A stretch of 64,000 nucleotides of DNA from an uncultured Acidobacteriota bacterium (GTDB lineage: Bacteria > Acidobacteriota > Terriglobia > UBA7540): contig CAWDSK010000006.1 of the NCBI GenBank assembly GCA_963804995.1, positions 1,920,001-1,984,000 of the forward strand, read 5' to 3'. Shown piece after piece: positions 19,477 to 29,826 of this stretch; within the stretch, counting starts at the first letter, position 1; each line of letters starts with the position of its first letter. Position numbers and translations under genes: made by a program. The notes under the pieces were generated by a model. The model had not been told where the DNA came from. It saw nothing but the letters and a program-made list of their open reading frames with translations, and searched no databases.

Positions 19477-20829
19477 ATGTCCATTAAACCTATACTTTTC
19501 GGCACGGACGGTATTCGCGGTGTGGCTGGCGAATACCCTCTGGATGCCTCGACCGTCCGCAAAATTGGCAGCGCCCTGGGGAGTGTTCTTCGGGAGACTG
19601 CCGGCCCGGGGCGCATCGTGGTGGGCAAGGACACTCGCGAATCGAGCGAGTGGATTTCCCGCGCCTTGGCCAGGGGTCTCGTCTCGACGGGTGCCGAGGT
19701 TGTGGATGCCGGCGTTATCACCACACCGGGCATTGCCTTCCTCACCCGGCATCAGGGATTCTCGGCCGGCGTGGCGGTCTCGGCCTCGCACAATCCCTAC
19801 GAGGACAATGGCATCAAGGTTTTCGCCGGTGCGGGAACGAAGCTCGTGGAGGCCGAGGAACTGGAAATCGAGCGCCGGCTTCGCACCCTGCCGGATTTAC
19901 CGGCGGAAGAGGCGGGCCCCGCGCAGTTCGTTCCCGCCCTCGTGAATGATTACGTAGCATACCTTGCGAATCTGGTCCCGCCGGAATCTCCGCTTTCCGG
20001 TTACCGGCTGGTTGTAGACTGCGCCAACGGCGCCGCCTGCCGCGTCGTGCCCTTGTTGATGGAACGGCTGGGAATGACGCCGCACCTTCTGAATGCTGAG
20101 CCCACTGGCCGCAACATCAATCTGAATTGCGGCTCACTTCATCCCCAGCAGATGGTGGAGACAACGAAAGCTTTGGGCGTCGATCTGGGCGTGGCGTTTG
20201 ACGGTGACGCCGATCGCGCCATCTTCGCGACCCGCGACGGGCGGATGGCAGATGGCGACCATGTCCTCTATGCGATGGGCCCTTTCCTCGATCGGCAGGG
20301 GAACCTCAAAGGGCGCGCCGTGGTGGGCACGCTGATGACCAACCTCGCTCTGGAGTTGGCTCTGGCCGAACAAGGCATTGGTCTGAAGCGCACCGCCGTG
20401 GGCGACAAGTACGTGCTCGAGGAAATGCTGCGCTCCGGGATTTCGCTGGGCGGCGAGCCGTCCGGGCACATCATCTTTGCTGACTTGTCACTGGCCGGCG
20501 ACGGCATGATCACGCTGCTGGAAGTTCTACGACTGATGGCTGAAACCCGGCAGCCGATTGGGCAATTGCTCGGCGGTTTCCAACCATTCCCGCAATTGAT
20601 TCGGAACGTGCGCGTCCGGGAAAAGCGTCCGCTCGAATCGATTCCGAGTATCGCCCAAGCAATCGAGCAATGCCGGAGCGCGATCGGGGAACGGGGACGC
20701 GTGGTGGTGCGCTACTCCGGCACCGAACCCCTGGCGCGGGTGATGGTGGAAGCCGCAGACGCGGTGGTCGTCGAGAAGCAAACGGCAAGCATCGCCGGAG
20801 CCATCGACGCCGCACTGGGGCTGCGCTGA
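19477..20829 (+). CDS. glmM: Phosphoglucosamine mutase
   Basis: LFGTDGIRG, GKDTRESS, SASHNPYEDNGIK, DGDADR, VGDKYV, GGEPSGH, RYSGTEP. Confidence 0.96.
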   Translation: MSIKPILFGTDGIRGVAGEYPLDASTVRKIGSALGSVLRETAGPGRIVVGKDTRESSEWISRALARGLVSTGAEVVDAGVITTPGIAFLTRHQGFSAGVAVSASHNPYEDNGIKVFAGAGTKLVEAEELEIERRLRTLPDLPAEEAGPAQFVPALVNDYVAYLANLVPPESPLSGYRLVVDCANGAACRVVPLLMERLGMTPHLLNAEPTGRNINLNCGSLHPQQMVETTKALGVDLGVAFDGDADRAIFATRDGRMADGDHVLYAMGPFLDRQGNLKGRAVVGTLMTNLALELALAEQGIGLKRTAVGDKYVLEEMLRSGISLGGEPSGHIIFADLSLAGDGMITLLEVLRLMAETRQPIGQLLGGFQPFPQLIRNVRVREKRPLESIPSIAQAIEQCRSAIGERGRVVVRYSGTEPLARVMVEAADAVVVEKQTASIAGAIDAALGLR

Positions 20830-20933
20830 CCCTGAAAGTTCGAGGATGCGAAGGGTTTCAATCTTAGCAACCCCGTAAATGGGGATTTCATCCAACCGCC
20901 TTGATACGACGGTGCAGCAAAGGAAGGAAGATC

Positions 20934-21752
20934 ATGAAGACAACACTCCTCCTGCTCCTGGCACTGGCAGGTCCGCTTCGCATTTTCGCCCAAGCGCCGG
21001 CAGCTCCGGCTCAACCTCAGCCCGCGGCGCAACCCCAGGCGACAGCACCCGCTCCACCTGAGGCGGTGGCCACGCCCCCCGCCTCACCCGTACCGCCTGA
21101 CGCTTCCAAGGTCGTGGTGCCTGCAGACACAAACATTCCCCTGGTTCTCAAGAATAGCGTGAACACGCGGACGGCCTACGTCGGCCAGTCCATTTACTGT
21201 TCCACCATCTACCCCATTACGGTGAGCAATCACGTCGTGATACCCAAGGGGAGTTCCATCAAAGGTTCGGTGACGCAAGTGGTCCGCCCCGGGCGCGTCA
21301 AAGGCCGTGCGCAACTCGGATTGCGCTTCGATGAATTGATCCTTCCCAACGGCACCACCGTCCCCTTGCGCGCCACGCTTTCCGGATTCGGAGCTACGGG
21401 GAAAGAGGGATTCAACAAAAACGAATCGAAGGTCGAGGGAGCTTCAACCAAAGGCAACGATGCCGGGAAGATTGCCCGGACTACGCTTCCGGGCGCCGAA
21501 ATCGGCACCATCGTCGGAGCCAGTAAGGGAAGCATTGGCAAAGGGTTGGGCATTGGAAGCGCGGCGGGCGCGGCGGGGGGATTGATCTGGGTCCTGTCGA
21601 CCCGGGGAGAAGATTTGAGTCTGCCCCATGGCACCAGCCTGGAGTTGCAGCTTAGCGTGCCGCTTACCTTCAATCGTAATGATGTGGAATCACCAACTCG
21701 CTACGATGAAGGGCCGGCGCTGCCCCGGCGCGAATACGGGCCTGGGGCTTAA
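20934..21752 (+). CDS. Secreted protein with TrbI/VirB10-like beta domain and glycine zipper
   Basis: Signal peptide, Pro/Ala linker, VIPKGSSIKGSV...GRVKGRAQLGLRFD, GAEIGTIVG..GLGIGSAAGAAGG. Confidence 0.75.
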   Translation: MKTTLLLLLALAGPLRIFAQAPAAPAQPQPAAQPQATAPAPPEAVATPPASPVPPDASKVVVPADTNIPLVLKNSVNTRTAYVGQSIYCSTIYPITVSNHVVIPKGSSIKGSVTQVVRPGRVKGRAQLGLRFDELILPNGTTVPLRATLSGFGATGKEGFNKNESKVEGASTKGNDAGKIARTTLPGAEIGTIVGASKGSIGKGLGIGSAAGAAGGLIWVLSTRGEDLSLPHGTSLELQLSVPLTFNRNDVESPTRYDEGPALPRREYGPGA

Positions 21753-21805
21753 GGAAGCTGGAAAGTAATCCTGGGAAAAGAAGTGCCGTCCGGAGAGGAC
21801 GCGAA

Positions 21806-22078
21806 TTAAGAAAATACCACCGACTGGACCCCGGTAATCTCAAAACGTTTGCGGCAGCGCGGATTCTTGCACATCATGACGTCATCGCGACGCAGCATGT
21901 AAGATTGGGCCTTGGCAAAACGCGCGCGATCACGTTCGTCGGCCTGCCCCCGCAACGCTTTCTTCTTGGTGCGCACCAACCATCGAATCTCGTAGGTGTC
22001 AGTCTGGTGGCAGTGCAGACAGGAAAGGTTAGCGGGCTTATGGGTTTCAGTCTCGTCAAAGAAATCACGCTCTTCCAT
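21806..22078 (-). CDS. Small Zn-ribbon protein
   Basis: CLHC...CKNPRC motif pairs in 90 aa. Confidence 0.75.
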   Translation of the reverse strand: MEERDFFDETETHKPANLSCLHCHQTDTYEIRWLVRTKKKALRGQADERDRARFAKAQSYMLRRDDVMMCKNPRCRKRFEITGVQSVVFS

Positions 22079-22152
22079 AGTGGCCCTATTCTAGCCGGAA
22101 TCGAAGGAGAAGGCCAGTGCGACGTGTGAAAAGCCGAGAGGGAGTTGCAGCC

Positions 22153-23064
22153 TCAGACGGGTTGAATCCAACCCTTGGCTCCGCGATTGTCTGCGGAAAG
22201 CAAATGAACGTGCGAAATCACCTGCTTTTCGGCAAGGGTCTTCTGGATCAGTTCGCCAATGGCAGTGGCGCTTCCCCGGGTGAAAGCCAGAATGGAAGGC
22301 CCAGCCCCGCTCAGGCAAATTCCCAGCAGGTCCGGGTGCTCAAGCTTGAGCGCTTCCGAAAGGCCGGGCACCAGCCGGGCGCGATAGGGCTGATGCCAGC
22401 GGTCATCGAAAAGGGTGCGGTGGAAATTCACTTTACCGGAGAAGATCTGAGCGGTGAGTACGGCTGCCCGCTGCAAATTGTAGACGGCGTCAGGCCGGGA
22501 ATACTGGTCAGGCAGAACCTTGCGGGCTTCCTCAGTTGACAAGGGGTAGTCCGGTACCACCAGAACCAAACCCAACGTCTCTGGGAGCGCGCAGGACTGG
22601 GTCAGAACACGGCCGTTCATTTGGGCGGCCACGGTGAAACCGCCGTGCCAGGCGGCAGCCACATTATCGGGATGGCCCTCGTGCTGAGTGGCCAGCGATA
22701 CAAATTCTTCGTCAATCAGAGGGCGGTCCGCCAGCACATGACTTGCGGCGAGTGCCCCGACGATTGCGGCGGCGCTGGAGCCCACGCCGACTCCGACCGG
22801 GATTTGATTCTCAATTTCCACGTCAATCCCGTGGGGCATTCCCCAACTCCGGAGCGTCTCCTGGAGCGTGCGCGCGATAAGATTATCCGGACCCCAACAA
22901 ACGCGATCGGCGTGAACCCCATGGTGAAAGAGCCTCAAGTCACCGTCCGTGCGCGGCGTGATGTGAATGTTCACGTAAAGGTTCAAGGCAATCGCGCCGC
23001 AATCAAAGAGACACCCTAGGTTTGCGCATGTGGCCGGGACACGAACTGATACACGCTCACTCAT
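22153..23064 (-). CDS. thrB: Homoserine kinase
   Basis: VPATCANLG..FD, IPVGVGVGSSAAA (GHMP), EGHPDNVAAA, DRWHQPYR, LSGAGPS. Confidence 0.93.
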   Translation of the reverse strand: MSERVSVRVPATCANLGCLFDCGAIALNLYVNIHITPRTDGDLRLFHHGVHADRVCWGPDNLIARTLQETLRSWGMPHGIDVEIENQIPVGVGVGSSAAAIVGALAASHVLADRPLIDEEFVSLATQHEGHPDNVAAAWHGGFTVAAQMNGRVLTQSCALPETLGLVLVVPDYPLSTEEARKVLPDQYSRPDAVYNLQRAAVLTAQIFSGKVNFHRTLFDDRWHQPYRARLVPGLSEALKLEHPDLLGICLSGAGPSILAFTRGSATAIGELIQKTLAEKQVISHVHLLSADNRGAKGWIQPV

Positions 23065-23203
23065 GAGTAGAGTCTGCCCAACGAGGAAGTAAACATTTTA
23101 AGCGACCGAGGATCAGATCGGCAAGCGTCGGAACGGGATTGCAGCGCTCCCGTGGCGAGCAACCGAACCAAAACCCGGGTTCCGTCAAAGAAAATCCGGA
23201 AAA

Positions 23204-24145
23204 CTACGATCTCCAATATTTGGAGGTCTTCAATACTTCCAGCTCTTCCGGTTTCAGAGGGTAAGTGAAATCCGTGCCGGGAAATTTCCCGGACTTTACT
23301 TCGGAAATGTACCGGCCGATGGCCAACTCAGCCAGCACCAGCAGGCCGTCGCGGCGCAGCTCGCGTCCGTTCTTGCGCAGATCTTCTATGCCGGAGAGAT
23401 ACGTCACGAATTCACCCACCACCTCAGGAATGTAACATTTCGTAAACCAGGGCCGGAACGATTGGTAGAAACCCATCAGGTCGTGCATGATCAGAAGCTG
23501 GCCATCTACATGAGGACCGGCGCCGATGCCAAAGATCGGGACCGTGAACTGGCGAGCGATTTGCCCGGCAGGTTCGGCCGGTATGGCTTCGAGCAAAACC
23601 CCGAACACGCCGGCTTCCACCAAAGCCGCGGTATCCTCAAAAGTCTTCTCAAAGCTCTGCTTGGTTTTTCCTTGCACCCGGTATCCACCAAAGGATTGGG
23701 TGCTTTGCGGAGTCAGTCCCAAATGCCCCATCACCAGAATCCCGGCGTCCACCATGGCTCTGACCCGGCCCGCCATGCGCTGCCCGCCTTCGCATTTGAT
23801 GGCATCACATCCGGCTTCTTTGATGAACCGCAGGGCATTCACCACCGCGTCTCGGTCAGAAGGCTCATAAGATCCCTGGGGCATGTCGCCGATCAGAAAC
23901 GTATTGGGGGCGCCGCGCCGCGCGGCACTGGCCAGAATAATCATTTCATCCATGGTGACCGGATTGGTCGTAGGAAGCCCAAGCTGAACCATTCCGCCGG
24001 AGTCGCCAACCAGAATCATATCGATGCCGGCCTGCTCCGCCGCCTGGGCAAAAGGCAGGTCATAAGCTGTAAGCCAAGTGGCCGGTTCCTTGCTTTCCTT
24101 CATCTTCATCAGTTTGAGGATTGACACCTTATTCTTTTTTTCCAT
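23204..24145 (-). CDS. panB: 3-methyl-2-oxobutanoate hydroxymethyltransferase
   Basis: LTAYD, ILVGDS, DMPQGSY, KCEGG, MGHLGLTPQ, GIGAGPHVDGQ; alternative start at 24166. Confidence 0.93.
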   Translation of the reverse strand: MEKKNKVSILKLMKMKESKEPATWLTAYDLPFAQAAEQAGIDMILVGDSGGMVQLGLPTTNPVTMDEMIILASAARRGAPNTFLIGDMPQGSYEPSDRDAVVNALRFIKEAGCDAIKCEGGQRMAGRVRAMVDAGILVMGHLGLTPQSTQSFGGYRVQGKTKQSFEKTFEDTAALVEAGVFGVLLEAIPAEPAGQIARQFTVPIFGIGAGPHVDGQLLIMHDLMGFYQSFRPWFTKCYIPEVVGEFVTYLSGIEDLRKNGRELRRDGLLVLAELAIGRYISEVKSGKFPGTDFTYPLKPEELEVLKTSKYWRS

Positions 24146-24274
24146 ATGAGCCTCGAAGGAATCCATTCAATATAGTCGTCGATTTCCTAACAAAGCATAT
24201 GCATCTTCTCTACTGATCCCACCCAGCGTTCTAGCCGCGCGGAATCGGATGCAACCAGCAGACACGCCGGGCTT

Positions 24275-24961
24275 TCAGCGGGGAGCGCCGGAATTGGCCT
24301 GCAGCCCGGCGCCATCCTCCAGAACAAAAATCGCCGAATCCGCCAGAAGGTTGGGCAGGAACCGCACCACGGTGGCGTCGCCTGGAGCGGTAGTTCGGAG
24401 AGGAATCTCCTGGAGCACCTTCAATCCCGCCTTGTGGCAAAAATCGGCGAAGTCAGGAATCGTGGTCAGGTGGATGTTCTGGGTCTCGTACCATTCGTAG
24501 GGCAGCTTGCCCGTCTTTGGCATGCGGCCTCCAAAGAAAAGCTGCCGACGCACCTGCCAATGCGCGAAATTAGGAAAGCTCACGACGCACCGCTTGCCCA
24601 CCCTCACCATCTCCCGAATCAAAAGCATCGGGCGGTGCAAAACCTGCAGGGTGTTGGTCAGGATAACGTCATCGACGGACTTATCAGGGTAGTCCGCCAG
24701 GCCTTCGTCCAAATCGCCGTGGTGGACGTTGAACAGGCCCTTAGCGACGCAAGACTGGATGCAGGCCTCGGACAGTTCAATTCCTTCCGCACGCACCTTC
24801 TTCTTAACTTTGAGGGCCAGCAGCAAATCGCCCTCGCCGCAGCCCAGGTCCATGACGCGCGAGCCTTCGCGAATCAGGTCGATGATGATTCGGTGCTCTG
24901 GCGTCAGGCGCACCACGGTGCCCGCGTCATCCAGCCGAACTTCCTCGCCCAGCCCGCCCAT
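24275..24961 (-). CDS. metW: Methionine biosynthesis protein MetW
   Basis: DLGCGEGDLL, DLDEGL, SFPNFAHW, LPYEWYETQNIHL; directly after metX. Confidence 0.92.
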   Translation of the reverse strand: MGGLGEEVRLDDAGTVVRLTPEHRIIIDLIREGSRVMDLGCGEGDLLLALKVKKKVRAEGIELSEACIQSCVAKGLFNVHHGDLDEGLADYPDKSVDDVILTNTLQVLHRPMLLIREMVRVGKRCVVSFPNFAHWQVRRQLFFGGRMPKTGKLPYEWYETQNIHLTTIPDFADFCHKAGLKVLQEIPLRTTAPGDATVVRFLPNLLADSAIFVLEDGAGLQANSGAPR

Positions 24962-24964
24962 ATG

Positions 24965-26107
24965 TTAGGAAAGCCTCCTCCGCCCGTGGCGCAGGAAATT
25001 AGTAATGAGGGAGCTCAGTTGCTCCGACTCCAACAGGAAAGCATCGTGCCCGTAATCCGTTTGAATCTCCGTGTAAATGGCTTCGGCGCCCACGTGTCGC
25101 AGCGCGCTGACGATGGCCTTTGACTGATAGGATGGAAATAGCCAGTCCGAGGAAAACGAGATAACCAGGAACTTCGCCCGGGCGCCGGAGAAGGCCTGCT
25201 CCAAGGTCCCGGAAGCCTCGCCAAGGTTGAAGTAATCCATGGCCTTCGTAATATAGAGATAAGAATTCGCATCAAACCGGTTTACGAAGTTATCGCCTTT
25301 ATATTGCAGATAGCTTTCCACCTCAAAATCGGCCAGGAAGTTGTAGCCATACTCCGTCTTGTCTTGCAGTTTACGGCCGAACTTCTGGTGCATCGACTTT
25401 TCGGATAGGTAAGTAATGTGCCCAATCATCCGTGCGATGGCCAAACCACGGCGTGGGACGGCCTTGCCATAGTAGTCGCCGCCCCTCCAGTGGGGATCCG
25501 ACTGGATGGCCTGCCGGCCCACTTCGTCAAAAGCAATCCCCTGCGCTGAAAGCTTACTAGTCGTGGCAATGGGGATGGCCAGCCGCACGCGGTCCGGGTA
25601 ACTCACCACCCACTGCAACACTTGCATCCCACCCATCGAACCACCTACGACGCAGAGCAACTGGCCAATTCCCAAGTGGTCGATTAAAAGTTTCTGGGCA
25701 TTCACCATGTCACGAATGGTAACGATGGGGAAGGTCAACGCATAAGGGCGGCCCGTCTTGGGATCTTTCGAACTCGGCCCTGTAGAACCCTTGCAGCCCC
25801 CGATGATGTTAGAGCAGATGACGAAATATTTTCGCGTGTCGAAGGCTTTTCCCGGACCTATCATGATATCCCACCAGCCGGGTTGGCGGTCGCTGGCTTG
25901 ATTGTAGCCCGCCGCGTGGGCGTCTCCGGACAGCGCGTGCAGGATAAGCACGGCGTTGTCTTTGGCCGGGCTCAACTCGCCGTAGGTCTCGTAAGCCAAA
26001 GTGATGGGGCCAAGCGTTCGCCCGCACTCCAGCAGCATTTCCTGGGGCGGCTCGGCAAACGTAAGGTACTGGGTGTTGACGATTCCCACCGATCCTGGGT
26101 CCGCCAT
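24965..26107 (-). CDS. metX: Homoserine O-acetyl/succinyltransferase (MetX family)
   Basis: [38 protein letters not shown]. Confidence 0.95.
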   Translation of the reverse strand: MADPGSVGIVNTQYLTFAEPPQEMLLECGRTLGPITLAYETYGELSPAKDNAVLILHALSGDAHAAGYNQASDRQPGWWDIMIGPGKAFDTRKYFVICSNIIGGCKGSTGPSSKDPKTGRPYALTFPIVTIRDMVNAQKLLIDHLGIGQLLCVVGGSMGGMQVLQWVVSYPDRVRLAIPIATTSKLSAQGIAFDEVGRQAIQSDPHWRGGDYYGKAVPRRGLAIARMIGHITYLSEKSMHQKFGRKLQDKTEYGYNFLADFEVESYLQYKGDNFVNRFDANSYLYITKAMDYFNLGEASGTLEQAFSGARAKFLVISFSSDWLFPSYQSKAIVSALRHVGAEAIYTEIQTDYGHDAFLLESEQLSSLITNFLRHGRRRLS

Positions 26108-26195
26108 GATTTGCCACACCTCAAGCCCTTGGCCGCCTCGACCCTGCACAGTTCAAAGGGCCGAGGCGATGCAAGGTGCGGTGTCGATCTTGGCG

Positions 26196-27512
<1,317 letters not shown>

Positions 27513-27551
27513 CTAGTGCCATGAGTCAGAAGTTCGCTGATTATTGGAAAA

Positions 27552-27684
27552 CCCCCTCACCCGGCCCGCCCCGGCTGATGAGAACGCCGGTAGCGGTCCA
27601 CCCTCTCCCCCAAGGGGGCGAGGGTAGTAAATTCAGATCAACTCCCCCCTCGCCCCCTTGGGGGAGAGGGGCCGGGGGAGGGGG
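27552..27684. repeat. REP-like family R1 doublet (CCCTCACCCG...CTCTCCCC)
   Basis: Near reverse-complement copy at 62212-62346; related units at 19103-19172, 39351-39415, 49497-49690. Confidence 0.85.
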
Positions 27685-27841
27685 TTCTAGGGTCGAACAG
27701 TAAATGGGCTCCTTGACATGTGATCCATAGAATCACGACGCAGCCAGAGCGCACGCAAGGTCACATGCATCTGCGAGGAAGGCATGGGTCCAGGGAGAAG
27801 CCGGGAATTCGGACGATTCCTTGGGCTTCTCCACGATGAAG

Positions 27842-29089
27842 CTACACAGTTGTCGTGGCTGTCGTACTCAGAAACTGCTCTTCGAAATCTTCCACCTTGG
27901 GCCGGATGAGGGCGCTCTCCGTGGTCGTCCCTTGCAATGCCCCAATCGTCTTCAGCCCGTTGCCGGTGATCGCCAGCACGATGGATTCGTCAGGGTTCAG
28001 ACGGCCCTGGCGAATCAGTTTGCGCGCCGTGGCCACGGTTACGCCGCCGGCGGTCTCTGTGAAAATGCCTTGGGTTTCAGCCAGGAGCCGGATGCCCTCT
28101 ACGATTTCATCGTCGGTGACGTCCTCGCCCACTCCACCGCTCCCGAGGATGGTCTTCACCGCATAGGGACCATCCGCCGGGTTGCCAATAGCAAGTGACT
28201 TGGCGATCGTGTGGGGCTTTTGAGGCTCAATCTCCGTCGAGCCGCGTTTGGCGGCGTTCGTAATGGGCGAACAGCCGGTTGCCTGCGCGCCATAGAATCG
28301 GGTTTGAATCGGCTCAACCCAGGCGAGTTTCTTCAATTCTTCAAAGGCCTTGTTGACCTTGGTAATCAGCGCCCCGCCGGCCATGGGGATGACGATATTC
28401 TGCGGGAGGCGCCAGCCGAGTTGTTCGGCGATTTCGTATCCGAATGTCTTCGAGCCTTCCGAATAGTAGGAGCGCAGGTTCACGTTGACGATGCCCCAGG
28501 AATGTTTCTGCGCGATCTCTGAACACAACCGGTTCACCTGATCGTAGTTGCCCTGCACCTTCACGAGAGTGGCGCCATAGACCTCGGTGGCCACGATCTT
28601 TTCCGGCTCGATATCAGCAGGCACAAAAATGAAAGTCTTGAAGCCACCCGCCGCAGCCTGCGCAGCCACCGCGTTCGCGAGGTTCCCCGTCGACGAGCAC
28701 CCCACGGTGTCGAATCCGAACTCGCGCGCCTTGGAGAGTGCTACGGCGACCACGCGATCCTTGAAAGAGAGCGTGGGGTGGTTGACGGCATCGTTCTTTA
28801 AGTAGAGTTCGCGCACACCCAAAGCTTCGGCCAGCCGCGGCGCTTTGACGAGCGGCGTAAATCCCGTGTGGTGACCCACCCAGGGCGCATCCCGCAACGG
28901 CAGCAGTTCCCGATAACGCCACATGTTGGTAGGACGCGCGGCAATGTCTTCGCGCCGCAGGTCCGCCCACAGCTTGCCGTAGTCGTACACGACTTCCAGT
29001 GGGGCCCAACATTCTTCGCATGCCGCAATGGGCTCCAGCGGATAGGTTCGCTCACATTCCCGGCACTTCAGGTGAATCACGTAACTCAC
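27842..29089 (-). CDS. thrC: Threonine synthase-family PLP enzyme (may act in methionine synthesis)
   Basis: N-terminal CxxC...CxxC, PTLSFKDR, SSTGNLANA, EGSKT, IAKSLAIGNPADG, ITGNGLK; GTG start. Confidence 0.85.
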   Translation of the reverse strand: MSYVIHLKCRECERTYPLEPIAACEECWAPLEVVYDYGKLWADLRREDIAARPTNMWRYRELLPLRDAPWVGHHTGFTPLVKAPRLAEALGVRELYLKNDAVNHPTLSFKDRVVAVALSKAREFGFDTVGCSSTGNLANAVAAQAAAGGFKTFIFVPADIEPEKIVATEVYGATLVKVQGNYDQVNRLCSEIAQKHSWGIVNVNLRSYYSEGSKTFGYEIAEQLGWRLPQNIVIPMAGGALITKVNKAFEELKKLAWVEPIQTRFYGAQATGCSPITNAAKRGSTEIEPQKPHTIAKSLAIGNPADGPYAVKTILGSGGVGEDVTDDEIVEGIRLLAETQGIFTETAGGVTVATARKLIRQGRLNPDESIVLAITGNGLKTIGALQGTTTESALIRPKVEDFEEQFLSTTATTTV

Positions 29090-29167
29090 AAATCCTCACT
29101 TTTTCATCTGAGTGGCCTGGGAATATCGGCAGGGAAATAACGGAGCGTACAGGAAGAGGCACAAACT

Positions 29168-29194
29168 AAAAAACCTCTTCCGGGTGGGAAGAGG
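29168..29194 (-). terminator. Intrinsic terminator of the riboswitch expression platform
   Basis: Minus strand CCTCTTCC-CACCC-GGAAGAGG followed by TTTTTT. Confidence 0.85.
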
Positions 29195-29217
29195 CTGTTG
29201 AGAAGCTACTGGCCCCC

Positions 29218-29322
29218 TCTCATCTCCCCCATACCGGGTGGGAATTGGCACCTGACCCCCGACTATGTCGGGGCGGTTGTCGTGGCGTCATCGGGCCCAT
29301 CCCTCAGCCACTCTAGATGAGA
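29218..29322 (-). promoter_or_regulatory. SAM-I (S-box) riboswitch
   Basis: Minus strand CTCATCTAGAG-TGGCTGAGGGATGGGCCCGATGACGCCAC-GACAACC...GGTGCCAATTCC...GAGATGAG has the P1, kink-turn P2, CAACC and GGTGCnAATTCC hallmarks; lies upstream of the met genes. Confidence 0.93.
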
Positions 29323-29361
29323 TTCAGGGTTACTGAATCTAGTATTCAATTGTCGCAAACT

Positions 29362-29390
29362 ATCCTAAAAGAATGCGCCACACCTGTCAA
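29362..29390 (-). promoter_or_regulatory. sigma70 promoter for the SAM-I leader
   Basis: Minus strand TTGACA (29390-29385), 17 nt, TAGGAT (29367-29362). Confidence 0.7.
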
Positions 29391-29442
29391 TGGTTTTTTC
29401 GGTCGTGGTGTCCTGGTTTGACGGATGAGTTTTGAAACAGAG

Positions 29443-29706
29443 GCCAGCCTTTCAGCCCCAAAGGGGCGAAATAACGAAGCCCAGGCCAACGGCCGGGTCA
29501 GCGGAACCCAAACCGATACCCGAGCCCTGAAGGGGCGGAACAATCCTTGTCAATCCCAAACGTAGCGCTCGTGTTGGCTTTCTTGTTGTGTGATTTGCGT
29601 AGAGCGGCGTGGGGAACACCTATCTCGCCCTTTCAGGGCTGGGGGTAAAATTGGGGGATCATCTTAACCCAGGCCTGGGCTTCGTTATTTCGCCCCTTTG
29701 GGGCTC
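29443..29706. mobile_element. REPIN/MITE-like element with GCCCnnnAGGGC hairpins and a probable TnpA remnant
   Basis: Inverted arms AGCCCCAAAGGGGCGAAATAACGAAGCCCAGGCC / GGCCTGGGCTTCGTTATTTCGCCCCTTTGGGGCT; internal minus-strand ERYVWD* at 29570-29550. Confidence 0.7.
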
Positions 29707-29826
29707 ACCCGCAAACTAGGACACTACTGTTTTTTCGGTTTTTTCCGCTCATGTCCGTTCAACCTGATTCGGCAATTTTTTTCCACGGCTGAAGAACTAT
29801 CAAGGACTCGCGAGAGGGTGCGGTCC

